Below are positions 1 through 8,600 of a DNA stretch of 32,000 nucleotides, piece after piece (within the stretch, counting starts at the first letter, position 1; every line of letters starts with the position of its first letter). The translations under genes and the position numbers were made by a program. This DNA is from Fibrobacter succinogenes subsp. succinogenes S85. GTDB lineage: Bacteria > Fibrobacterota > Fibrobacteria > Fibrobacterales > Fibrobacteraceae. The notes under the pieces were generated by a model. The model had not been told where the DNA came from. It did no database searches and saw only the letters and a program-made list of their open reading frames with translations. Where the stretch lies: contig NC_017448.1 in the NCBI RefSeq assembly GCF_000146505.1, positions 540,001 through 572,000 of the forward strand. Direction: 5' to 3'.

Positions 1-1199
1 ACATCGGTTGTAGAACGTCAACGAAAGCCCGCAGGATCGCTAAAGCTGTTTTAAGCGCAGCCTTGGAAGGGAATAGTGAAGGCAAGCCGTTCATTTTCCC
101 CAACATCGTCTTCAAGTACTCACGAGCTATCAATGGTACAGAATCCTCCCCCAACTATGACATTTTTCAGATGGCCTTGAAGGGGACTGCGAGCAGAATG
201 ATTCCAACATATTTCAACTGCGATGCGCCTTTCAACAGGAATGCGAATCCGAACAAAATTGGAATTATGGGTTGCCGAACTCGCGTTGTCGCTGACATAC
301 ATGGTAATACCACAGGTTTAAATAGGGGGAATATCGCCTGTGTCACGACAAATCTAGTACGGCTAGCAATTGACTCAAATCATGACTTTCAGGTATTTCT
401 CAAAAAAATCGGTACGCTTTTTGAGGAATGCAAGGAACTGCTACTTCATCGTTTTGCAACGTTATGCAAAGGAACCTCCCCCATTTTCGCTATTGAGAAG
501 GGCCTATACCTAGATTCGGAAAAAGGACGTGAGGTGGCGCTTATGCATGGGACGCTTTCCATTGGCTTTATCGGTCTGTGGGACGCTCTTTCGGAACTGC
601 TTGACACAGACTTTTCTGATGTAGACAATCTTCGTATGCATCATGGAAAAGCCCTAGCAGTACTTCAGGTGATGCGGCAAAAAGTGGATTCGTTTATAGA
701 GCAGAGCCATATGAACTTTTCGCTGTTGGCCAGTGCAGCGGAGGCAACGACCGGCATCTTTGCAGATCGTGATTTCAAGGAATACGGCATTCAATGCAAG
801 TCTGCGGCGAAGGGTTTCTACACAAATTCCTTCCACATTCCCGTTGACACGTCAATCCGACTTTTCGAAAAAATCCAACTAGAGGCTCCTTTCCACAAAT
901 TATGTAATGGAGGCTGCATTAGCTATGTGGAACTAGACGAACAGCCCTGCTACAATGTCGGAGCAATACAGAAGGTCGTGGAATTCGCCATGAAAAACAA
1001 CTGTAACTACTTCGGCATTAATTTCCCGCTAGACCAGTGCAACGCATGCGGTCATTTCGGAAGGATCGGCGATACGTGTAGTTCTTGCGGTTCCTCAGAC
1101 ATTTTGCGTTTGCGAAGGGTTTCCGGCTACCTTTCGGAAAAACGAGCATTTACGAAAGGGAAAAAGCGGGAACTGAACCTACGAAAAGCCTCTTTTTAG
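1..1199 (+). CDS. nrdD: Anaerobic (class III) ribonucleoside-triphosphate reductase, C-terminal portion. The 5' end lies outside the window.
   Basis: The frame of the listed ORF (63..1199) stays open back to position 3 with no stop, so the TTG at 63 is not the real start. Motifs seen: MGCRTRV (active-site Cys region), GRGN-type NRGNIACVTTNLVRLA, a C-terminal Zn-site CNACGH...CSSCG, and the glycyl-radical motif RRVSGYLS close to the C-terminus. Confidence 0.8.
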   Translation, partial: IGCRTSTKARRIAKAVLSAALEGNSEGKPFIFPNIVFKYSRAINGTESSPNYDIFQMALKGTASRMIPTYFNCDAPFNRNANPNKIGIMGCRTRVVADIHGNTTGLNRGNIACVTTNLVRLAIDSNHDFQVFLKKIGTLFEECKELLLHRFATLCKGTSPIFAIEKGLYLDSEKGREVALMHGTLSIGFIGLWDALSELLDTDFSDVDNLRMHHGKALAVLQVMRQKVDSFIEQSHMNFSLLASAAEATTGIFADRDFKEYGIQCKSAAKGFYTNSFHIPVDTSIRLFEKIQLEAPFHKLCNGGCISYVELDEQPCYNVGAIQKVVEFAMKNNCNYFGINFPLDQCNACGHFGRIGDTCSSCGSSDILRLRRVSGYLSEKRAFTKGKKRELNLRKASF

Positions 1200-1297
1200 A
1201 GTTCTTTCATTTTTTTCAAAAAATCGTACAAAAGCTTGGAAAATGCCCCATAATACGGATAGAAAATCAACCGACCATTTGGTCAAAGGATTCCTTG

Positions 1298-1900
1298 ATG
1301 AGACCGAAAGAGTTTATTGACATGTTCCCTTACGGATACACCCGCCTACGCAACTTGAACGGCAGTGCAGCCCTAAGACTTGAAACAAAGTGTACAAACG
1401 CTTACGTATATGTAAAAAAAATACACCGCAGAATGCCGGAAATCAACCAGGATATCGTAGATGACATTCAGTTAGAATGCGACAATGGAGTCATCATAGA
1501 TTGGTTCAACGACAACGCTTGCCGCTATTTCATCATAATGAGAAAGCATGACGAACTGCTCGCTTACAAGATTGTGCTGAACGCATTCTTTCAAAAAGAG
1601 ACCTTTGAAATAATAGGCTATTTCTTTGAGAATGAACACGAGAACCATCGCAAGAGAGTATACAACGAGCGCTATCTGAAAAATGTTTCACCAGATGCCT
1701 TGATAACGGAAACAGACTTTACGAATGAGCGATACGACATCATCTTTCCCGATGATGCATTAACCCACTGCAGGAGACTAGGCAATACCATTGCCATGAG
1801 CTCCATCTGCTCAACTGAGTCATGCAGTCAAAACCACAGTGATTTAAACATCCACAACAACGAATCCTTGGAGGATAACAGTGAAAGCGACATTGAGTAA
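1298..1900 (+). CDS. Hypothetical protein with a Ser/Asp/Glu-rich acidic C-terminal tail
   Basis: This is the in-frame ATG (MRPKEF...) downstream of the nrdD stop, with AAAGGA about 8 nt upstream. The longer listed ORF start (1085) overlaps nrdD and is unlikely. There is no CxxxCxxC, so it is not NrdG. The 3' end overlaps the GTG start of the kinase by 20 nt. I recognise no family. Confidence 0.4.
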   Translation: MRPKEFIDMFPYGYTRLRNLNGSAALRLETKCTNAYVYVKKIHRRMPEINQDIVDDIQLECDNGVIIDWFNDNACRYFIIMRKHDELLAYKIVLNAFFQKETFEIIGYFFENEHENHRKRVYNERYLKNVSPDALITETDFTNERYDIIFPDDALTHCRRLGNTIAMSSICSTESCSQNHSDLNIHNNESLEDNSESDIE

Positions 1901-3146
1901 AACTGCCCAAAGCATTGTTCCCGATCGGAACCTCCCCGTGTCCTTGGTAGCCAAGCCCGGACACCTCCTGCATACGGAAAATGGTCAATCAATCGTATTG
2001 GGGGATCAAATTGCAGGAGGAGGAGAAGGACATATTTTCAAGACCAACTCGCCTAGCTATGTGGCCAAGGTCTATATGCCTGAAAAAACAACGACACACA
2101 AGCAGGCAAAAATTCAGAAATTGATTCAAAAGGGGATTGATTTTCCTGGCATCAGCCTGCCTAAAGCGCTGCTCTACAACTCAAAGGATGAATTCGTGGG
2201 ATACATAATGAAAAAGGCGGAGGGAGAAAAGGTTCGTAGTCTTTACCTGAAACCGCTTTTTTTGAAGAAGTTCCCAAACTGGAAAAAGCGTGATTTGGTC
2301 GAACTCTGCATTACTATCCTAAAAAAGATTGGCTACTTGCACAAGAACGGAATCATTCTCGGTGATATCAACCCCGACAATATTCTTGTCAAGTCGCCAA
2401 AGGAAGTTTATTTCGTTGACTGCGACTCTTATCAAGTTGATGGCTATCCTTGTCCAGTCGGCACCATCCCGTTCACGCCTCCCGAACTACAAAACAAGGG
2501 GCATTATAACAGTTACCTGCGCACTATAGGTAACGAAAACTTTGCTGTAGCGGTGCTGCTGTTTTCGTTGATGGTTACAGGGCAAATGCCCTATAACCAG
2601 AAGGATGGGGAAAGCGCCCAGCAAAACATTATCGATATGAATTTTTCGTATCCTCTCGGCGAAGCTTCTAACAAGAAGACTCCTGCCGGGCAGTGGAGAT
2701 TTCTATAGAGTCATCTTCCAAGGTTCTTGAAGGATGCATTCTACAACACGTTCAACAAAGGCGGTACGTATTCCACTGAAAGAACACGGTTAAATTCATA
2801 CGACTGGTTCAAGAAATTCAGCGAGTACTTAAGGCTACTTGATTCCGGAAAGTACGGTGAGCAGGATGAAATGTCTGAACAGGTCTATCCGACTCGCTTC
2901 AAGAAGCAGAGGGGTGTTACCTATGTCAAGTGCCATCAATGTGGGGAAGATACCGATGTGAATATCATAAGCAAATATGGTATTTGCATGGAGTGCCTGC
3001 GCAAGAATAGGCTTAGTCGCTACCAGAGATCGTCTGCGCCACAGTATAAGTCTGGATATCAGGGGACATTTAGCCAGCCAGCTCGGGTTCGAACAAGCCA
3101 GAATCCCTTAGCTTCGGTTTGGGAAATACTCAACTGGTTCGTCTAA
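1881..3146 (+). pseudogene. Ser/Thr protein kinase (TerY-P-triad type) with a C-terminal zinc ribbon, interrupted by one in-frame TAG at 2706..2708
   Basis: ORFs 1881..2708 and 2727..3146 are in the same frame and are separated only by a TAG (reads ...QWRFL*SHLPRFLKDAFYNTF...). Kinase motifs: Gly-rich loop GGGEGHIF, VAKV lysine, catalytic loop GDINPDNILV, DFG-equivalent VDCDS, and APE-like PFTPPE. The downstream piece carries CHQCG...CMEC (CxxC-N17-CxxC). Confidence 0.65.
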
Positions 3147-3264
3147 TTACAAGGAGGCAAAATAAAAATCATACAAAGAAGCTTGTCAAAAACCATAATA
3201 CTATCGGAAGTCGATTATAGAGCTTCCTCTAACAATAAACAACAATCAACTCAAAGGATATACT

Positions 3265-3948
3265 ATGAACAGAAATCTGCTCAGTATTGAAGATCTCGAA
3301 AACAATCCCTCCAGCCGTGTACCCGTGTGCCTCGTGTTGGATACCAGTGGTTCCATGGAGGGCGATTCCATCAATGAATTGAATGAGGGCGTGCGTCTCT
3401 TTTACGATGCCGTGCGCAGCGATGAGACCGCCCTGTATGCCGCAGAGATTTCCGTGGTGACGTTCGGTGGCCATGCCTCGTGCCAAGCGGGCTTTAGCAC
3501 ACTTGAACACCAGCCCGATGCACCCCAGTTCTACGCCGATGGCGGTACACCCATGGGCGAGGCAATGAACATGGCGCTGGATATGCTTGAAAAAAGGAAG
3601 AGCGAATACAAGGCCAGTGGCGTAGACTATTACCAGCCGTGGATTGTGCTCATGACTGATGGGATGCCCAATGGCAGCCAGGCGGAGCTCTCCCGCTCTA
3701 TCCAACGCACTTGCGACATGATTAATGATCGCAAGCTGACCATTTTCCCCATCGGCATCGGTGAGGACGCCGACATGGATGTGCTTGCCAGGTTCTCCCC
3801 GAAGCGTAGCCCGCTCAAGTTGCAGGGTTTGAACTTCAAGGAGTTCTTCGCCTGGCTCAGCAAGAGCGTGTCCAAGGTTTCCCAGTCTACGCCGGGCGAC
3901 AAGGTACAGCTGGACGTGGACGGCATCAAGGGTTGGGCGGAGCTGTAG
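3265..3948 (+). CDS. von Willebrand factor A (vWA) domain protein, TerY-like
   Basis: MIDAS motif DTSGSM near the N-terminus, later GGTPMGEAM and LMTDGMPNG, about 227 aa, typical of TerY-type vWA proteins. The stop (3946-3948) lies 1 nt before the ATG of the next gene. Confidence 0.85.
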   Translation: MNRNLLSIEDLENNPSSRVPVCLVLDTSGSMEGDSINELNEGVRLFYDAVRSDETALYAAEISVVTFGGHASCQAGFSTLEHQPDAPQFYADGGTPMGEAMNMALDMLEKRKSEYKASGVDYYQPWIVLMTDGMPNGSQAELSRSIQRTCDMINDRKLTIFPIGIGEDADMDVLARFSPKRSPLKLQGLNFKEFFAWLSKSVSKVSQSTPGDKVQLDVDGIKGWAEL

Positions 3949-3949
3949 C

Positions 3950-4951
3950 ATGAATTGGGTTACAATCCAATGCGCAGTGCGGGGCCGAGGTCACGTGAGT
4001 TCCGGTACTCCCTGCCAGGACAAGACCTTCTCTATCGTTAAGGACGCGTGTTCCGTATGCGCCCTTGCCGATGGAGCGGGTTCCGCGAGCCATTCGCACT
4101 TTGGTGCCGAAGCCGTGACGCAAGCGATTTGCAACTACATGGCAGAAAACTTTGACCTCATTATTAACGAAGATGGGGCAGCCGTGAAGAGGAACATTCT
4201 TGCTGTTATAGGTGAACGCCTCGAGACGCTCTGTAGTGAGAAGGGGTGTGCTATCAGGGATCTTGCCTCGACGCTCCTATTCGTTGCCGAGAAGGGCGGC
4301 AAATTCATCATCTGCCATATTGGGGATGGTGTCATCGGCTACGTCAAGGAAGGCAAGGTGCTGGTCGCATCGCAGCCTGAAAACGGCGAGTTTGCGAATA
4401 CCACGGTGTTCACGACATCGAGTAACGCTATCGCGAGCATGCGGCTCATCAAGGGAGACCTGAAGCAAATTTCGGGATTCATCCTGATGTCCGATGGTAC
4501 GGAAACCAGTTTTTACAACAAGCGGAACAAGGCTCTTTCTCCTTCCCTTGCCCGCTTGACAAGGCTGGCTTCCGTTTGCACCCCCGATTACATGTCGCAG
4601 AAACTGAACTGCACCTTCGAAGACCTTGTAAAGCAGCAGACTTCCGATGACTGTAGCATCGTACTGATGTCACGGTCTCCAGGTAGTCGAGGCTATATGG
4701 ATTTTTCCGAGAAGGACAAATGTGAATTCTTGGGCCTAGCCAATACACGGGTTTCCCGCAAGAGGCTCAGGAGTTTCGACAAAGCTCTGACGGTGCTACA
4801 ATCCTGGGGAACCTATCGAGCAATCAAGCGCAGACTCCACCTGCGTGGCAAAAAGCTTGACAGGATTCTCAAGAGACTTGACAACGCAAATATTCTTGAA
4901 ACCCGTGAGGACGGACGTTACAAATCCGCCCTCCGGGCTTTTTTTGTTTAG
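3950..4951 (+). CDS. PP2C-family serine/threonine phosphatase (PP2C_2-like) with a basic C-terminal extension of about 90 aa
   Basis: N-terminus RGRGHVSSGTPCQDK...ALADGAGSASHSHFGAE, then HIGDGVIGY and LMSDGT, the pattern of bacterial PP2C_2 phosphatases that accompany vWA/kinase genes. It is translationally coupled to the vWA gene. Confidence 0.8.
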   Translation: MNWVTIQCAVRGRGHVSSGTPCQDKTFSIVKDACSVCALADGAGSASHSHFGAEAVTQAICNYMAENFDLIINEDGAAVKRNILAVIGERLETLCSEKGCAIRDLASTLLFVAEKGGKFIICHIGDGVIGYVKEGKVLVASQPENGEFANTTVFTTSSNAIASMRLIKGDLKQISGFILMSDGTETSFYNKRNKALSPSLARLTRLASVCTPDYMSQKLNCTFEDLVKQQTSDDCSIVLMSRSPGSRGYMDFSEKDKCEFLGLANTRVSRKRLRSFDKALTVLQSWGTYRAIKRRLHLRGKKLDRILKRLDNANILETREDGRYKSALRAFFV

Positions 4952-4991
4952 AAAAACAACTCTTCCGACCAAAAAAGGTATATTTGTCCCT

Positions 4992-5678
4992 ATGAGATTT
5001 AGGGATTATATAGATACGGCACAAAGGCATCTAATAAGTTGCGAGGCAATTTGCAGGACAATCGAATGGGATAAATGTAGTAACGAAGAAAAAAATGAAA
5101 TTTTAAAAGATTTGTTTTATCTCACTGGATACATATTAGAAGCGCTTACTATTTACACAGTTTATAGCAGAGGTCATTTCAATCCCAATAAAGACATTAC
5201 CGAACTAGATATTAAGTTTACCAAAGATACACATGTTGACTACTACAATACAAGAGAGATTCATCCAAATAAAAATGACCCTAAAGACAAATTTTCTATT
5301 TCATGTCGAACACCAAAAAATGCGGAATCATATGAAACTTTTAACAAAAATTTAGAAGAACTAAATAAATTAATACGTGAAACAACTATTTATCCAATAC
5401 AAAGCCATAAGTTTTTTGCAATCATTCAGAACGTCCTCAATGATTCAAATAAAGGACTAATATTCTCAAGCGAAAATATACCTCTTTTCTCCAATATTAA
5501 AGTTTCAAACAATGAACGAGAAAAAAAAATCTTAACGCTAATTATGTCTTGGGATTCAAGCCTCAGGTATTCCACAAATCAATGGAATAAAATCAAAGAC
5601 ATTCTGACCAAAGAAAATATAGAATACATAATTATTTTATGTAAAATGATAAAAAAACTTGTATACAAAGTGGGGTAA
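4992..5678 (+). CDS. Hypothetical helical protein (weak, non-catalytic HEPN-like pattern), first gene of the AT-rich cassette
   Basis: ATG at 4992 (MRFRDYIDTAQRHLISCEAI...). The listed ORF start at 4845 overlaps the PP2C gene. Helix pattern A..HL...E.....Y.LTGY.LEAL, then a QSHKF and a late SLRY. I could not find an Rx4-6H motif. The sequence is AT-rich and Lys/Asn/Ile-rich. The stop lies 3 nt before the next ATG. Confidence 0.5.
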   Translation: MRFRDYIDTAQRHLISCEAICRTIEWDKCSNEEKNEILKDLFYLTGYILEALTIYTVYSRGHFNPNKDITELDIKFTKDTHVDYYNTREIHPNKNDPKDKFSISCRTPKNAESYETFNKNLEELNKLIRETTIYPIQSHKFFAIIQNVLNDSNKGLIFSSENIPLFSNIKVSNNEREKKILTLIMSWDSSLRYSTNQWNKIKDILTKENIEYIIILCKMIKKLVYKVG

Positions 5679-5681
5679 TCC

Positions 5682-8600
5682 ATGACATTCATTTCAAAAT
5701 ATGCAATTGCTTTACAAGCATTTCTTCATTCCCTTATCAATGAAGAACGTGGAGAAAAATTTAAAGTTTTCATCCGAGCAGGCTTTCAAATAGATGTGTT
5801 CGTTTTTTTATTCAATCACCAACATCATCAAGATATAGAAAAAAAATTTGACAACTTTTGCAAAGCAAATAAAGACCTAGCAGACCTTGATCCTATTGCA
5901 GAAAATGATGAAATACAAATCTTTTTCAACATTTATCCGATTTCAGAATTAGAAGACTCTTTTTATTCTAGTATTGTTAACAAACCTAATTGTATTGATT
6001 ACGGTCCACGTTATAGATTCGACTCTTTTTATAGCACATCAAAAATTGACCTCACTAAAGAAGATCAAACTAAGATTCCTGTTATCACATTTTACAGTCA
6101 CAAGGGAGGTGTTGGCAGAACCACAGCAATGGCTTCATACGCATTGCATTTGGCAAAATTAGAAAAGAACGTTGCCATTATTGATTGTGATTTAGAAGCA
6201 CCTGGTTATCTCAATTTCTTTAATCTATCAGAAAACGATGAACACGAAGAACTAAAAGAAGGGAAAAAAAATGGTCTTGTTGAGTTTTTGTGCGACTCCC
6301 AATTTTTGGGAAAAAATATCAAAATAGAAGATTACATATTAAATGTCGGAGCACGAAATCGAAACAGCAACTATCATCCAGCATTAGACCGCATTTGGCT
6401 CATCCCGGCAGGAAATCTTAACGAAGGTGTTACAGAAGATAACGCTTTAGAAAGTCCAAATAGACAAGACTATATAGAAGGTTTGGCTAAATTGAATTTA
6501 GGCAACACCCAAAATGTCATCAAAAGTTTCAACACGCTATTTGAACATTTAAAAACCTTAAATGTCGATGCTATTCTAATTGATTCCAGAACAGGATTTA
6601 ATGACATCTTCGGAACTGCAACATTACATTTATCTTCATGCGTTGTAGGATTCTTTGGATTAAGCAGACAAAACGAACCGGGCTTAATAAATCTTTTAGC
6701 CAAACATGTTCAAAACGAAAATTTATTCAAACTAATCCTAGCATATTCAATTTTACCAAAAAATTACAAAGAAGACAACATTTTAATGGAAGCCTATAAT
6801 CGAATGGAAACTTTCATTATGAATGTTTATGACCAAAAAAATGCCCCGACAAGAATTCCAATTCATCGAAATGACGATTTAGAAAGAATTGGGATAGGCG
6901 ATCTAGCCGCAGATAAAAAATTCATTGATATGAACACATCAACAGATAGGAACATTCAATTTTCTGACTATACTCAGCTTTTTAATGAGATAGACAGAAA
7001 TTGTTTCCCAGAAGGTCTGCTAAGCAGTATATTTGGTCTAATGGCTGATAATCTTAAATCAAACAAAGACAATAGGTACAATTCATATGATTTAAGAAAC
7101 ATAATCCTTCAACATTTAAAAAAAGTTTTAGACGAGTCTATAAATAGTGCAGAAGAAGACCGCATAAATGAAAATACTTTTTTCTATAGACAATGCATGA
7201 ACGATTTATTTGACAAAGATAAGTTCATTATTTGCGGACGCAAGGGAACAGGCAAAACACATTTGTGCAAATCTCTCCAAAATCAGCAAATATCAAATAA
7301 AATTAAGAGTAACTCTCGACAGAAAGACAATGCTGAATTTATTTATGCCAATGCTTTGCCCGATAATAAGGATCAGGAAGTTGCGCTTTCCATAATAATT
7401 AGGTCAGCCTTCAACAAAGACGTTGATTATCTAAATCTTTGGAGAATATATACATGGAGCAAACTATTTCTTGATAACGGTAACGAAAGTCTCTCCGAGA
7501 TCCGATCCGTTGTAAAGCAACAAAGTCCATTAGCCAATAAATATTCCTCTATTAATGGAGAATTAGATACTTTAGAATTTATGGAACTCGTAAATGATAT
7601 AGACAGTCTTCTACACATTGTGGAAGACTTATATAGATTTGACGAGGAACTAGCCAAAAACAACAAAAAATTACTTATTCTCTACGACAAACTAGACTTG
7701 TATATTCGGCCCTCCTATTGGGAAAAAGCAATATCGTCCCTATTTGAATATTGGACTCATGCAGGATCAAATCTCCATAATATCGCTCCAAAAATATTCA
7801 TTCGCACAGATTTATTTTGGCAATCAATACAAGGGTCCATTACAGAACTATCTCCGAACAACATCATCAGCACAGAATGGACCATTGAAGAAATTTTTGG
7901 TTATTTATTTAAGCTTATTTTTTCAGACCAAAGAGCCAGCTCGGCTTATTGGGATATAGCAAAAAATTTCGGCATAGATCCGCAATACATAGCAGATACT
8001 GAAAAAGCTTTTAAAACAAACAACAATCAACTCAAGGTTCTTTCACAAGCAGAAATGGAACCTCTTTTACAAGTTTTCTTTGGTAAAGACACTCAAGGTC
8101 TGGGAAAGCCCTGGGACTACTTCAAAAAAGAATTATCAAATGCAGACTACACAACCAACTTACAACTATTCATCAATATTTTATACCACAATGCTATAGA
8201 CAAATCTTTAGCAATAGCAAAATCAAATATAACCGAAATAATAAGTCCAGCGATTTATACATCAACAGAGGTTAGAGCTTATGCTGCAAAAATGTTATTT
8301 GAAAAGCTTGCCGAAGACCAATTCTGTAAGAACCTAGCAAATTTTCAACATGCAGTATTCTTTGCAGATAACGGATTATACCGCTATAAATCATTAGATA
8401 CAAATAAATTCGATAATTTGATAAATACAGTTTGTGAACAGAACAAATTTTTAGATTTCGGAAGTACTAAAGAAAATTTGATAAACGCCATATTTAGCAA
8501 TGGCATTATGACCATCAATAATACTACAAAAGGTGATATTTTCGTATTCGCTCCATTATATTGGTACCCATGGGGACTTCAAGAAGTCAGTTTTGAAAGC

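Noticed and set aside
1085-1297. N-terminal extension of the hypothetical ORF, overlapping the end of nrdD
   Set aside because: The extension is read out of frame through the conserved NrdD Zn-site and glycyl-radical region. The internal ATG at 1298 after the nrdD stop is more plausible.
3151-3157. Strong Shine-Dalgarno-like AAGGAGG just after the kinase stop
   Set aside because: There is no ATG, GTG or TTG within a usable distance downstream. The vWA start is more than 100 nt away. It is probably fortuitous.
3229-3951. 240-aa ORF on the minus strand covering the whole vWA gene
   Set aside because: It is an antisense shadow ORF in a GC-rich coding region. The plus-strand product has clear vWA/MIDAS motifs, and the antisense translation has none.
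4845-4991. N-terminal extension of the small cassette ORF into the PP2C gene
   Set aside because: It overlaps the PP2C coding sequence and has the GC-rich composition of that gene. The composition switches at about 4950, and an ATG is available at 4992.
4992-5678. Catalytic HEPN RNase assignment for the small cassette protein
   Set aside because: I could not find an Rx4-6H motif. Only a generic HEPN-like helical pattern is present, so I report it as weakly HEPN-like and not as a nuclease.
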